Part shown: positions 1-13,857 of the stretch, piece after piece
Layout of the letters: each line of letters begins with the position of its first letter
Position numbering within the stretch: position 1 is the stretch's first letter
Origin: Felis catus
Lineage: Eukaryota
DNA length: 64,000 nt
Assembly (NCBI RefSeq): GCF_018350175.1
Contig: NC_058368.1
Location: forward strand, 185,692,001-185,756,000
Direction of reading: 5' to 3'
Notes under the pieces: model-generated
Told to the model about the DNA's origin: nothing
Database searches by the model: none
The model's input: only the letters and a program-made list of their open reading frames with translations
Program-made: the position numbers and the translations under genes

Positions 1-914
1 ATAACCACTAATAACACTTGATACATATTTTCCTTCATTTTTCTGTGTATCCACATTTATATAGAGACAAACACATGGGTGAACACATGCATACATAAAC
101 ACTCAAGGGTTTTAAGAAAATTTGTAGTGAGTTAACAAATTTAACAGTTATAACTACTTTAAAAGAGTATGGAAAATTTTACCACTATGTCCAATGTTAT
201 GGAGTTGTTTTATACTAGCTCTAGAGAGTCTATTGTTTGCATTTTTTCCCATCCCTGAATTTAGTGATACCATGTTGATAGATTTAAATCATTCATGGTG
301 GGAGAGTTTATGTCAGAAAAATGGACCTATGCTACAAATTTCAACATTTTTTTCAGAGAGCTGGTTATTAAATGTTTACCAGCACACCATAGTTCCTCAC
401 GTTATCAAGCTTTCTGTGACATTCAGATTTTACTTTTTTACCAAAGATATGGCAGATAACAAGGATAACATGAACTTAACATAGAAGAGAACAAACAGAA
501 TTTTGAAATTTTTAAAGGAAGAAAATAACCTGAGTATCAGTCATGAAATATTGCAATAAGTCTTTTTGAGCCAATTAGTCCTAAGGCTTTTAATTTTTTC
601 TGAATTTGGTCAATAAAGAGTTGCATAATTTAACACTTGGTTACCTTTGCATTCTTCACTTCTCTCAAAGCTTTATCATATTTGTATCTCAGCAAGATTG
701 TAAACTCTTGGTGCTGGTTATTTTATAATTCCTTTCTAGCCTAATGCCTATTGTATATTTGTTGACCTATAAGTGTTTGTATGTAGACAAGTAACTTCAT
801 TTAGTACAAACCATATTTTGTCAGGTGAAAGGTACAACATCTTGAGAAAAAAAAAATAGTACTCTGGAGTTTGAAACTTGAGTTCGTTATTACCTAGCCA
901 GGGTGAGACACATT

Positions 915-1425
915 TTAGGATGCATGAGATTTAAAGTAAGAATAAACCAGTTCTGTGCTTTAAAAAAGTAGAAAGGGTCATTGTCTCACATGAGAGTAAA
1001 GGAATATATAGTATATGTATATAGTTGCAGGCCTGGAAAGATAAAAAGAGTCAAATGATGTCATAAGTACCAGTTCTATCTCTTATTTTCCCTCTTCTCA
1101 CATGCAGATGAGCTCTCCCTATGTATTTGAAAAACCGTTTCCAGCAGGTCCAGGGAATGCCTCACTCCTAGTTAAGATTCAGAATAAAGAGTGAATTCAC
1201 TTATCTCAATCTCAGTTTAAAAAATTCTAAAAATAAAAATTCACTGTGACTGGACTGGCTTAAATCATGTGCTTACCCTTGAATCATTCTTGATAGCAAT
1301 GGGGATGAGTCTAGATGTAGTTATAAAACCCTCCTCAGACATCTGGACTGAGAATGGGGGAATGGACATATTCCTAAAGAAAACTCAGCCTAAGACTTGA
1401 AGAAGGGAAATTGGATGCAAAACAG
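915..1425 (-). mobile_element. Ancient MaLR LTR (MLT1K/L-like), boundaries approximate
   Basis: Recognisable diverged motifs, e.g. ggactggcttaaatcatgtgcttacccttgaatca and agaagggaaattggatgc. Confidence 0.5.
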
Positions 1426-1641
1426 AACTATTCTCTCAAGTAGCCAGTTAGCTTCTCTGTGGTTCATGTTTCTTATTTCTAAAGTCAGGGTAATAAAACT
1501 CAAAAGGATTTAAAGTGTCCACAGTGACTGACCAGAGTAGTGTTCAATTAAAATTATTTTTGTATCTTAATCAAGTGCTGTGTGAAATAATTGTAAAAAT
1601 CTTACTAAGTGATTTAATAAGGTATTAAGAAATCAAATCCA

Positions 1642-1860
1642 GGGCGCCTGGGTGGCGCAGTTGGTTAAGCGTCCGACTTCAGCCAGGTCACCATCTCGCG
1701 GTCCGTGAGTTCGAGCCCCGCGTCGGGCTCTGGGCTGATGGCTCAGAGCCTGGAGGTGTTTCTGATTCTGTGTCTCCCTCTCTCTCTGCCCCTCCCCCGT
1801 TCATGCTTTGTCTCTCTCTGTCCCAAAAATAAATAAACGTTGAAAAAAAATTAAAAAAAA
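1642..1860 (+). mobile_element. Young CAN-SINE (SINEC_Fc-like)
   Basis: tRNA-derived head GGGCGCCTGGGTGGCGCAG, (CT)n body, A tail, CpGs retained; exact TSD AAATCAAATCCA at 1630-1641 and 1861-1872. Confidence 0.97.
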
Positions 1861-1939
1861 AAATCAAATCCACTAGGATAGTAATAGGAAAATGTACTAT
1901 GACTATAAATATTCATGTATATAAACTTTCAGTGCAAGT

Positions 1940-4095
1940 TTACAAGCTGGTGAGGCTAAGCTATGTTGTAGTAAAAAATCCCAAACTCTTAGGTCCATAA
2001 TACAACAAAATTGTATTTTTTGCTAAACTCAGTTTCATGCAAGTCAATTGGTCTCCTCCAAATAATAATTCAGTGACCCAAGCTATTTGTATCTTGTGGC
2101 TCTCACTTCACCTTGACTTTATCCAGCCAGCAGTAACAGACAAAATGGGGAAGGATGGAATAGAGAGAACACTGAAGATCATTCAGTTAAGTTTTGTGAC
2201 CATGTCTGGAGTGTCATGGATTACTTATGATCACATTCCATTTGCTAGAAATCAATCACATGATCTCAGCCTAAGTGCAAGGGAAGCTAGGAAATAGTCT
2301 TCCTTGCGTCTGGGAGGAAGAAATGGTATGATGAGCATTGCCCTAGTCCTTTACACATGTGGTCACCAAGTATCTCTTTGTTCCATGAATGGAAAACAGT
2401 CAACCCTTTACGAAAATGATAGCCTCAAATCCTATCCAGGCCCTGGGAAGTTACTACTCAGTTATTCGTTTTTTTCTTTTTTTCTTTTTTAAATTTACAT
2501 ATGAGTTAGTTAGCATATGGTGCAACAATGATTTCAGGAGTAGATTCCCTAATGCTCCCTACCAATTTAGCCCATCCCGCCCCCCCACAATCCCTCTGGT
2601 AACCCTCTGTTTGTTCTCCATATTTAAGAGTCTCTTACATTTTGTCCTCCTCCCTGTTTTTATATTATTTTTGCTTCCCTTTCCTTATGTTCACCTGTTT
2701 TGTATCTTAAAGTCCTCATATGAATCTAGTCATATGCTCAGTTCTTTCCATAAGACCTGGATGTAGTAGCTGAGGGTCTGGCAACCTCTGAAATAAAAAT
2801 AAAAGTTATCTGCCTTCCACTGACATATTTTTCAATATAAAGTAGTGAAACTGAACAGAATAACCACAAGTATTTCCATTAAAAAACAGGAAGAATGAGG
2901 GAAATAAGGCAGTCATTGATCCATAAGAATTTTGAAGAGCCTGACTTTTCTAGAAAAATGTAGGTTGAAGGATAGAGGCCAAAGGCCTTAAGTCTCAAAG
3001 AGTCAGTATATTTTTTCAAGGTCTAGACTCATAGTTTCTCAGGCACTACAGTTTCCTTATCCAGACAGTAGGCTTCTGATATATTAGAATTTACTCAGCT
3101 TTGTGAGATAAAATGATACCCAGAGATCTTTTCTAGACACATTTTTCATATCCAATTCATTTCTGTGCTTTCTCACTCTCATGCTGTTCTTCTTCCTCAA
3201 ATTTCTTAAAATTATTGGACTTTAATGGGAAGTCGATTTGATGTGTTCTCTGAGTCACTGAGAAGTTTTACTGGGTCTCCATCACTCAGAGTCTTTTCAA
3301 ATGTTATTCCTTACATTTGTAGTCTTGTAGCACTCTGTTTCCCAATTCTGAGAGCCTAAATCCAGAAGACTTCTGGACTCCTCATTCACTTTCCTGTATG
3401 CTTGCAAACCAACTCATTCCTTCCTGAGCCTTTCCATTCCTACAAAACCTTTCCAAATGGGCACAACAAAAACCAAGACAGAGTATTTGCATTCTGTCGT
3501 CAGTCCTCCTTCCTTAGAGGTGCTGCTGAAATAGTAAGTAGGTGCTGTTCTGGGGCAACACTTTTACCAAAGCTTTGATTCTAAATATCATCAATTCACA
3601 TATTTGTAACTTCCGATACTGATTTCTTAATGACTGATGCCCAACTGATAGGTAAATTCTATTTATTTCAGGCTTTTTGGAAAGCAATGCCATATTTTGT
3701 ATCAAATTTCTTGTAGTAGGCAATCTGTGGCAGAGTCAGAGAAATTCTAATAGTTCAGTGGCTTATCAGAAAAGTGGCTTATCTTTCGAGTGGTAGTACT
3801 AGAACCCAAGGGTTTATTTCATCTAATGTCTCTCTCATGTTGTGGCTGAAGGTCAAGCTAGTGTTATCCATCAGGCCGATTGAACACAGAGGCTTAGAGG
3901 ATTGGTTGAGTTGGGAGGTAACTGGACAAGACATTCTACTTCTTGACCTGGAAGCAGCTTATATAACTTCTGTTCACATTCTCTTAGCCTGAACCCAGCC
4001 ATCTAATCTAACAGCAGAAGAGGCTGGGAAATGTAATCTTTCTGTTTCTACAAAGACAACATGGGACTGGTGAGCATCTGGCCAGTCATTTCAAC
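1940..4095 (-). mobile_element. Ancient MaLR (MLT1J/K-like) provirus: LTR ~1940-2357, internal ~2358-3711, LTR ~3712-4095
   Basis: Two similar LTR-type blocks (cacattcc...aagggaagctaggaaatag / cacattct...agaggctgggaaatgtaatc) flank ~1.35 kb. The internal end (tttgtatcaaatttc) resembles the MaLR internal start on the minus strand. Confidence 0.7.
2468..2735 (-). mobile_element. Carnivore L1 3'-UTR fragment inserted into the MaLR internal region
   Basis: Poly(T) followed by L1 3' end motifs (gttagcatat...gatttcaggagtaga...ttatattatttt); degenerate TSD ctcagttattc / ctcagttcttt. Confidence 0.85.
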
Positions 4096-5844
4096 AAGAA
4101 TAAAGAAAGATCATTCTTAAGAAATCAGTTCAAGTAATACCATTAATGATCATATACTGAATAGAAACTCTAGAGCAAACAAATTGTGTCTGTGCATATA
4201 CAAGTATGAGCACATGTACATTCATGCATTTGAATAGGTACTGTGGACATTTATGTCCTCAGCATTTGCTGCTCTTCTCACTGGCCTTCTCTGCAATGTT
4301 ATTCTAAAAGAGGAAGCTCATTTCCAGAATGGGCACACAGACACACTTTTAAAAGTTGTTCTTCAGGCACAAGCTAAAGTCTTTAGCTACAATATTTGAG
4401 TCATCAGTAACCTTCTCTATTCTTCCCCATGACTGAAATTCTCAAGCAGAATTTCTGAGGGTAGGTTAACATTCTTCATGTAGAAATAAAAGGGAATGAA
4501 GGGAAAAAAAGAAGGAGGGAATTCCCACTGACGTCTTCAGTGCTCCTCAAGGGCCTGCTGTTCTTCTTCTGTCTATTCAAAAAGAATACTCTAGGCTATA
4601 GAATTCCTTTCTTGTCCTTTCTGACTGGGCTTTGCCTTTTTTTAAAATTCATGTTTCTTTTTAAAATGAAGAATAAAAGAGATGCACCTGTGACTTTAAA
4701 GTTTTTGTTAATAAGTGATGATTAAGTGCCTTTGTCAGTTAGTAGTCATATATTTGTCCATGTTTAGCAAAAATGGACTTTTCCCCATTAGTTATTAGTG
4801 ACATTTAACCAAAATAATTATCTCCCTTATATGGTTGTGTTAGCAGTTAAAAGTTCTATTTTAGCTCTTTTCTATGAAACAGAAACAGCATCTCAATTTC
4901 TGTGAACCAGATTGTCTTAACCTTGCAAAATAGAGCAAATTCATTTGCATTGTCATTAATAAAATAAGCACATGTTGTTAAGTGCAGCAATGTGGGTGGT
5001 TTTGTTCACTTTTATTTTCTTCTCTATAACATGAAGTTTTCACAGTTGTGAATCATTACATCGGTGCCCTTTCCTGAGCATAATGAGAGTTGAATAGAAC
5101 ACTTGAAATCTGTTCTCACTTAACCTAATGGTTCTGATAACTGCATTCTGGCTCTGTCCTATACAAGCAGCTAGAAAAGCCTTGGGACAATCTCATTATT
5201 TCTTGAAGCTTGTTTTTTTTTACTTATAAAAAGGGGTCTAATAGTATCACACCTGTCATATAGTAAGTGCTCAGTATTATTAGCTGACATTGTTCAACAT
5301 ACATATTTTCTTCTTAATCTCATGTGATTCAATGACACATTTAGGACAAAGGTTATTTGAAAGAATCCACTGCAGATAAATTTGTAAAGTGCTTATTACT
5401 TACCAGTCCAGCAAACATGAAAAGATAAATAGTCCCTGCCTTTGAAAAATAGTCTAGTGGAATAGATAGATCAGAAACAAGATCATTGCAATATGGTAAT
5501 TCATGATGTCGAATAAGGGAATCAAATAATTCATTTTACTGGAGTAGCTCTGAAAAAACTTCAAAGAGGAAGGATTTATATCAGAGGATTTATGACCTTG
5601 CCTATGACTGAGTCAAGGTCATCTTAGGCAGAGAGAACAGCCTGTGCAAAGGGCTAGCAGTATGACAATGTGGGGTGCAGAGGCATCGCAACTCATCCAT
5701 TACAACACTGTCCGTGGACTGCATATGTGTAGCAGAGAGTAGTGGCAGAAGAAGCCTCTTGTTCCATTTAATATACCAGTGGGATAACACTGAAGGACTT
5801 GAAGAGTGATACCAGATTTGCTAACGTTTACTGATAGTTTTTTT

Positions 5845-5882
5845 TTAATGAAGTTCTTTTTTTATATATAATGTTTATTTAC

Positions 5883-5923
<41 letters not shown>

Positions 5924-6092
5924 CTGAGCATAAGCAGGGGAGGGGCAGAGAGAGGAGACACAGAATCCAAAGCAGGCTCCAGGGTCTGAGCTGTCAGCAT
6001 GGAACCTGATGCGGGGCTTGAACCCACAAGCCATGAGATCATGACCTGAGCTGAAGTCAGATGCTCAACCAACTGAGTCACCCAGCCACCTC
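5845..6092 (-). mobile_element. CAN-SINE
   Basis: (GA)n, ...ctgagctgaagtcagatgctcaaccaactgagtcacccag; degenerate TSD tactgatag / tactgacag. Confidence 0.93.
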
Positions 6093-7264
6093 TACTGACA
6101 GGTTTTAATAGAGAACTCTCCCTTATTATTATTTCAGGTAAGCAGAAAAAATGGGGGGGGGCAGATAACAAAGGCAGAACTGGAGTTCTATTTGAGAACA
6201 TTTTGTGGGTCAAAGAATTCACTTGGTACAGTGAAAAACAGGCATTATTTCTCAAACATTTTTTGTCTGTCATAGTTTTTCAGTTTTACTGTGTACTATC
6301 TTGGGACATGTTATTGATTAATTTTTAAATGAAAATGTAATATGGTGTGTATACAAACATAAATATGTATTTATACTTGTGCACATAATATACATGTATA
6401 TAATGTATGTTTCCAGATATATATACATATGTAAGTATGAATATCTACCTCTCATCTATTTTTTCGTCTAACTAACTAGATATTAACCTCCCTAACAGGA
6501 AGGGTTATGGGTAATATTTTTTGCATGCCCTGTAGGAAATACTCCACAAAAATTGTTAAATCTATAAATCTGAGTTGCAAATAACCATGCTTTTAGCAGA
6601 GAATGCCTCTTTCTCAATCCTGCCATATTTTTTCTTTCATTTCTGCTCAGGATTTCTTATGTTATGTTTTATAGTTTCCATTATGATTATCCCATTGCTG
6701 TCTAAGAATCTTGTAATGTTGGACTTGGGAAAGTGTAACAGCTTATTAAACATCATCATCATGATACTAATTTTTGTTGAGTGCGAACTATATGCCCTAT
6801 TTGGTTTTTATTGCTATTTCACATAATAATCTTACAAGTAATTATGGTTATCCTTTTATAGATTATCCAAAGATGTATGCAGTTTACCCAAGACCACATA
6901 GCCAAGATTTGAATCATTGGTTCTCATTCTCAAAAACCTCATTAGTATGCTACTTTAGAGCTTACAGAATACTTATAGGCATTATTTTATTTAAACCTTA
7001 CAATTTCCTGGTGTGGTAGATAGTTATCAGATTTTACACATGAAAGAACTAAGACTCATTGAGGTTAAGTGATTTTCTCCTGACATGCAGTTGAAAGATG
7101 ATAGCATTTGTATTCCATTTCAGGTTTTATTTTTAGCAACACTATGGTTATTCCGCAACTAAGGACAAAGTAAAGCTTAATTAGGTAGGTTACTTTTACT
7201 ACTGGAATGTTAGAGGCAACCCTCAGTATTTCTTTGAGTAAGTCACACAGGAAATACAGGTTTA

Positions 7265-7327
7265 ATCAACAAAACAAAAACAACAACAAACAACAAAAAC
7301 CAAAGCAACAACAACAATAACAACAAA
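7265..7327 (+). repeat. Imperfect (CAA)n / A-rich simple repeat
   Basis: Directly visible. Confidence 0.75.
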
Positions 7328-8279
7328 GTTCTTATCAGAAGGGAAGTCTATATATTGAGGTCAAATATTTTTCATAAAAACTTTTATTTTAATAAATTCT
7401 TCTCATTTAAACATCCGTTAAGACCATCTACACAACCCCTTAATGAGAAACAAATTAAGTTGTTTGAAAATAAATTCAGTAAGCTGTGTTTTTCCATGGA
7501 CCAGTGGCAGCAAGAAGAGAAAGTGATTGTGCCAGGTTGTTGGCTGACTAGAGCTAATGGCATTCAGTCTTGTGAAATGGATATTAATGATTCTACAGTG
7601 TTTAACTTGTTTTGCTCTTGATGGATTTTCCCTTTCTGAATTAATGTCTGTCTACTCTTGATTAATTTAGAGTGATTGTACTGCAAGTCAGTTAATTACT
7701 TTTTCTTTCTAAAGTCAAATATCATTCATTGTGATGAGGGCAGTCATTTTGATTTCTCACAAAAGGAGTCCCTAAGTGCCTGAAGTTATAGATCTAACAA
7801 AATTAGTAGGAGCAGTTCTTCATCCGGAAAGGCTGTACTATAGTCACAAAAGACTTGTCATAAATTCCATTTAGGATCTTATCCTATACCTTTCTAAGCA
7901 GAGCTATTTGAGGTGTATGTCTTGGTGTCTCAAAATTGAGACTTTCCCTAGCTAATGTATATAGTATTTTTTTTTTTAATCCTGTAAACTTTTTGCTCCA
8001 GGACAGGATAACATAGGTAAAAGAGCTTTCAAATACTTTAACGAACCCAGGAGAGAGAAAATAGGGTATTGTAAAAGAAACAGTGCAAAGTAAGATGTCT
8101 AGATTTTTCTTGTAATACTAATTGAATCTATGATCTAACTTCTTCTTAAGTAAAATAGACATTATAGTATATGCCTTCCAGATTTAGAAACTGTTGCAAA
8201 AGTCATATGACCTATGAAAGTGTGTATTATGTATACAATTTACATGGGCAATGTGATTATCACTATTTTCCTGGGTAAC

Positions 8280-8785
8280 AATTTTATTTTTTAATTTAGT
8301 ATAATCAACATACAACATTATGTTAATTCCAGGTGTACAACATAATAATTTGACATCTGTATACATTACAAAATATCACCTCATGAAGTCGTTACCATCT
8401 ATTGCCATCCAAACATAACATTTTTTAATATTGTAATAATTTTTATGATTTATTTCTTAGCCACTTTCACATTTGTAATACAGTATTATTGACTACAATC
8501 ACCATGCTCTGCATTATATCCTCATGACTTATTTTATAATTGGAAGTTTGTACCTCTTCATCCCATTCATTATTTTATCTACTGCCCAAGCTTCCCTTCT
8601 CTGGCAACCACCAATATATTCTATGTATCTATGAAGTTTTGCTTTGTTCTGTTTGTTCATTTAATTTAATTTGTTTTTTAGACTCTAAATATTATATAGT
8701 AAAATTATATGGTATTTGTCTTTCTCTGACTATGTAAAAACCTTCAAGATCCAACCATATTGTCACAAATGGCAAGATTTGTTTT

Positions 8786-8861
<76 letters not shown>

Positions 8862-11135
8862 ATGTCTGAGTAGTATTGATGGATGCTTCGGTTGTTTCCA
8901 TATTATGCTTATTTTAAATTATGCCACAGTTAAAATAGGGTGCATATAGCTTGTTGATTTAGTGGGTTTTTTCTCTTTGGGTAAATACCCAGAAGTAGAC
9001 TCAATGGGTTGTATGGTATTTCAGTTTTAAATTTTTTGAGTATCCTCTATACTGTTTTCCAAGTGGCTATACCAATTTACATACCAACCAACAGTGCACA
9101 GGTTTCATTTTCTCTATATCCTCACCAACACTCATTATTTTTTGTCTTTTTGATGGTAGCCATTCTGACAGGTGTGAAGTGGTATGTCATTGTGGTTTTG
9201 ATTTGCATGTCCCTGATGTTTAGTGACATTGAACATCTTGTCTGTTTTGGTGTCAGAGTAATGCTGGCCATGTAAAATGACTTTAGGAACATTCTCTCCT
9301 TTTCAGTTTTTTGGAAAAGTCTGAGAAGGGTATTTATTAAGACTTCTTTGAATGTTTAGTGGAATTCAAATTCAGCACTGGCGAAGCTGTTTGATCCTAG
9401 CCTTCTGTTCTTTGAGAGTTTTTTTTTTTGATTACCGATTTAATCTTCTTACTAGTGATTGGTCTGTTCAGACTTTATTCAGTCTTGGAAGATTGTATGT
9501 TTCTACAAATTTATCTATTTCTTCTAGGTTGTCCAATCTGTTGCATAAAATTGTTCATAGTAGTCTCTCATGATCCTTTGTATTTCCTTAGTATAAGCTG
9601 AGTTGTAGTTTCTCCCCTTTTATTTCTGATTTTATTTGGTTGAGCCCTCTCTCCTTTGTTCTTAGTCTAGCAAAAGTTTTGTCCATTTTGTTTGTTTTCA
9701 TAGAGCCAGCCCTTAGTTTCATTGTTTTTTGCTGTTGTCTTTTTTGTCTCTCTTTCTTTTTTTTCACTCTGACATTTATTATTTCCTTCCCTTTACTAAC
9801 TTTGGTTTTTATTTTTTCTTCTTCTTCTAGTTCATTTAGGTGTAAAGTTAGACAAAATTTTGTTCCTTAAGGTAGGATCATATTGCTATAAACTTCCCTC
9901 TTGGAACTGCTTTTGTTGCATCCCATAGATTTTTGACATACTGTATTTCCACTTTTGTCTCTTGATTTTTTTTTTTTTTATTTCTCCTTTGATTTCTTCA
10001 TTGTTCCATTGGTTGTTCAGGAGCATGTTGTTTAATTTCCACATATTGGTGATTTTTTTAGTTTACTTCTTATAATTGTTTTCTAATTTCCTGCATTAAA
10101 AATGCATTGTGGTTGTAAAAGGTGCTTGATATGATTTCAGTCTTCTTAAATTTATTAGGACTTTATTTGTGGCCTGGCATATGATCTATCCTGGAGAATG
10201 TTCCATGTACACTTGGGAAGAATATGTATTCTGCTTCTGTTGGTTGCAATGTTCTATATATATCCATATAGTCCAGCTGGTCTAATGTGTCTTTTAAGGC
10301 CAATGATTCCTTACTGATTTTCTGTCTGGATGATCTAGTCATTTATGTAAGTAGAGTATTAAAGTCCCCTATTATTATTGTATCACTGTCAATTTTTTCC
10401 TCTGGCTCTGTTAATATTTGCTTTATATATTTATGTGCCTCTGTGTTGGGTGCATAAATATTTAAAATATTATATCTTCTGGTTGGATTGACCCTTTTAT
10501 CATTATATAATACCCATCTTTAATCTTTAATTACAGTCTTTATTGTAAAGTCTCTTTTTTCTGTTATAAATGTAGGTATCCCAGCTTTCTTTTCCATTTA
10601 CATGAAACACCTTTTTCCATCCCTTTATTTTCTGTTTGTGTGTGTTGTTACATCTAAGGTAACTGTCTGGTGGGAAGCATATGGATGGGTCTTATTTTCT
10701 TATCTGTTTAGGAACATTATGTTCTTTGATTGGAAAATTTAATCCATTTACACTTAAAACAATTATTGATAGGTATATACTCCTATTTTGTTTATTGTTT
10801 TATGGCTGTTTTGTAATTCCTTTCTGTTCCTTTCTTTTTCTCTTACTTTCATCCCCTGTAGTTTTGATGCCTTTGTATAGTGTTATGTTTAAATTTCTTT
10901 CTCATTATCTTTTGTATATATATTACAAGTTTTTGCAGTCATTACCGTGAGGCTCACATATAACAGTCTATATATACACCAGTCTATTTTAAGGTGACAG
11001 CAGGTTAAGTTTCAATGCATTGTAAAACTCTGCATTTGTACTCCCTTCTACTGTCTTATATTTTTGATGTCACAGTTTACATCTTTTTATTTTGTGTATC
11101 CCTTAACTAATTATTGTAGTTAGAGTTATTTTTAC
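8280..11135 (-). mobile_element. Older L1 (L1MA/L1_Carn-like), internally deleted: 3' end ~8280-9240 joined to ORF2 5' part and inter-ORF sequence ~9240-11135
   Basis: Antisense L1 motifs: ccaggtgtacaacataataatttg, ggtaaatacccagaag, cattctgacaggtgtgaagtggt, atgatctatcctggagaatgttccatg. Confidence 0.85.
8784..8861 (+). repeat. (CTTT)n tetranucleotide microsatellite, ~19 units
   Basis: Directly visible pure array. Confidence 0.97.
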
Positions 11136-11419
11136 TCCTGGGCAGCAGTTTTTATGTGATGAGCTTCTTTGCTCCTTCAAAAATCAGTTAATTTGGAACG
11201 ATTTAGGAATTCAAGGTCATAGCCAGCTCTGCCATTTCACTATTTACATGTTAGCAGACAATAAATGGATGATGAATCTTTTCACATTTTAAGTTCATTG
11301 TATATTAAGTAGATTACATTTTGCTTTTTAAATTGTGATTACTCTCTTGTAAACATATTTTTATAGGATTGAAATAATAAATACAGATGTCCAAATGCCT
11401 GGAAAGGGAATACCGTCCA

Positions 11420-11680
11420 GTAATTTAGGATTTCAAATTTGGAATCAGCCAGATCCGGAATCATATCTGATTTCCTCTATTTTGACATGTAAATGGATAA
11501 ATCAACTAAATTTTCCAGGTTTAAGTTTCCTTATCTGGCAAATTTAGATGATTTAAATTCAAATTTAGGTGATTAGGACTGCTAACTATCTCATAGTACT
11601 AGTGAAAGAATTCAATAAAATGATGAATGTAAAGGACCCAGCATACCCCTTGCTTCATATTTTACTCAATAAAGGACAGT
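11420..11680 (+). mobile_element. MIR SINE (approximate)
   Basis: Core-like motifs ttggaatcagccagatc, agtttccttatctggcaaat, ctcaataaa. Confidence 0.55.
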
Positions 11681-11999
11681 TCTGTCTTCATATAAAACAA
11701 TTTATTTTTGCAGACAACCACTTTTCAGATAATTTCACTAATCTTAACCCTCAGAGTTGTCTAAAAGCCAGTTCAGCCTCAGCATTCATCAGTACTGATC
11801 AAAAAGTAGCTGAAGGCATTGCCCTTACAGTTCTCACTGTAGCATGTTTGTGAACTGCACCTCCCACTTTTCCATTTGTTATGTACATCAGGTCTTGCAT
11901 TAGATCATTACCATCTACATTCTACTAGGAAAATAAAGTTATGTATTTTCCCTTAGATGCAGAGTATGTCTGGCGTTGTCCTTGGTACTTTGCTGAACT

Positions 12000-12160
12000 T
12001 ATCTTGTTTGACTTTTACAATACCGTGCAAAGTAAATTCTGGTAGAATATTACAAATGGAGAAAGTAAAAGTAAAAGAAATTAAGTAATTGTCCAAGGTC
12101 ATAGAACTGGCAGGAGGCAGAGTTAGTATTCAAACCCAGGGCTCTTTACTCCAGTGCTGC
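12000..12160 (-). mobile_element. MIR SINE (approximate)
   Basis: ttaagtaattgtccaaggtcatagaact...attcaaacccagg. Confidence 0.65.
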
Positions 12161-13019
12161 ACAATTTATTTTTGGTCGTGCATCTGAAAATAGGCAATTT
12201 CTTAAAGATACAAGTTTTTGACAGCTATTTGGAAGGATGTCTACTTAAATGTTAATTCTAATTATGATATGAGTGAGGTAGGATTTCAATTCAAATTTGG
12301 TTTATTCCTTGTACTTTAAAAATATTTTTTCATGTTTTTTCCAGTATGTATCTACTTTTAGAAAATAGTGGTTTTTAACTGACTAGCTCATGGTAAAATG
12401 TCATCTCATTTCAGGTGATCTATAGGAACTATAGGATATATAAAGCTATTTACTCAGTTGAGGCTGGTTTTTAGCTTCACTAACTATCAAGCTGGACCAA
12501 TAACTATTATTCATGCAAATAGAGTGCTCTTTTTAGAAAAGGTAACTCATTATAAGGTAATGTGATTTGTCTGTCTCCACAGTCAGAAAAAAAAATGTGG
12601 AGGGACAATAAAAAGAAGCCACAAAGCAACCACTTGTTTTGCCTTGAAATTTGAAAGCTCTCTTGGCTAACATTAACAGTAGTTTCCTTTCCTTTTATAA
12701 GTTGACAAAGATTGTTTTGTAATTAGCTTATATACCACAGATCTCCAGGTCCAAAGAATTGTGGGCCCTATAAAAGCACATGGTGAAAATATGTTTGTCT
12801 CTCTTTCTTACTGACAGTAAAGGCTCTCTATGAGATGTCTCCAATGACCTCCTTCCAAGAAACTGCCCATTTCCAAATTTAGCCCCCTGGAGACCAGTGA
12901 AAACAAAATGGAATTTAGAGTGAAAAGACCCATGTAGGAGTCCTATTGTTGTCACTAATTTAGTTGTGCCTTTAGTCACGTGTTATAATCTCTCTGAACA
13001 TCAAATTCCTCATAATTTA

Positions 13020-13500
13020 TTTATGCATTTAACAAATATTTATGGAATTTGTATTATGTGCCAATTATTTTTCTATGTGCTGTGAATGGAATGCTGACCC
13101 GAAATCAACACAGTTCATGATTTCTTATACTCTTGATTCTGATGGGATAGGGAAGCCTTAGTTAAATAGTCACACTGAGAAACACAAATCTGGTTTCTTC
13201 CAAAGAAAGCCTTCTAAAGGGAACGTTCCTATAATATTAATTGCAGGAGTGGACCGGTTTGGGAAAGAGTTCTGTGAAAGTGATGTTTAGCTTTGATCGC
13301 AGGAAAATGAAAATCAACTGGGTAGATGAGTTAGGGATGAGGGAAAGGGAGCAAGGTAGTAAAGAATATGCCCACACAGACAAGAGGTGGGCAAATGCCC
13401 TTTAGGACAAGGGAGCATGGCTTATTGAAGCAATTGTGTATAGCTGAGAGCTCAGAGTGAGTAGGAAAGTGGTACAATTAAAGATTGACCGGTAAGGAGA
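13020..13500 (-). mobile_element. L2 LINE fragment (approximate)
   Basis: L2 3' end motif catttaacaaatatttatgg...tatgtgcca followed by purine-rich L2-like body. Confidence 0.55.
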
Positions 13501-13504
13501 TGAG

Positions 13505-13857
13505 AAAGGATCATTGGTGCTCCTCAAATGTTCATTTACTCATGTACATACCTCAATCCCTTTCAGTCGGGTGACTTCTGTGAATAGTGTCACATTTGGG
13601 TGGAGGGAATTAAAGCCCATGCAAAATTATCTAGTCTCTCTTCCCCTCCTGTGATGAATGAGGACATCTTGTATTATACTGGTGAAGACTCCAAAGCTAA
13701 GCAGCCTGGATCTAAGTCATTGTTTGGAGGACAGTTGATTAGGAAGACCGAATGGTTCTGTGGAAAACTTTGTGTAAATAAAAAATAAATATTTTCTGTG
13801 TTAGGCCACTGAGCTTTTTGGGTATTACTGCAGCACAACATAGTTTAACCTATTACA
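13505..13857 (+). mobile_element. MaLR solo LTR (MLT1H/I-like)
   Basis: Ends aaataaat...ttaggccactgag...ttactgcagcacaacatagtttaacctattaca, typical of MLT1 3' ends. Confidence 0.6.

Noticed and set aside
1642..1720. tRNA gene-like A/B boxes
   Set aside because: tRNA-derived SINE head followed by SINE body, tail and TSD; not a tRNA gene.
5875..6273. ORFs containing ...AQVMISW...SLEPA...DSVSP (also 28525, 51414, 54788, 61074)
   Set aside because: Recurrent translations of CAN-SINE bodies.
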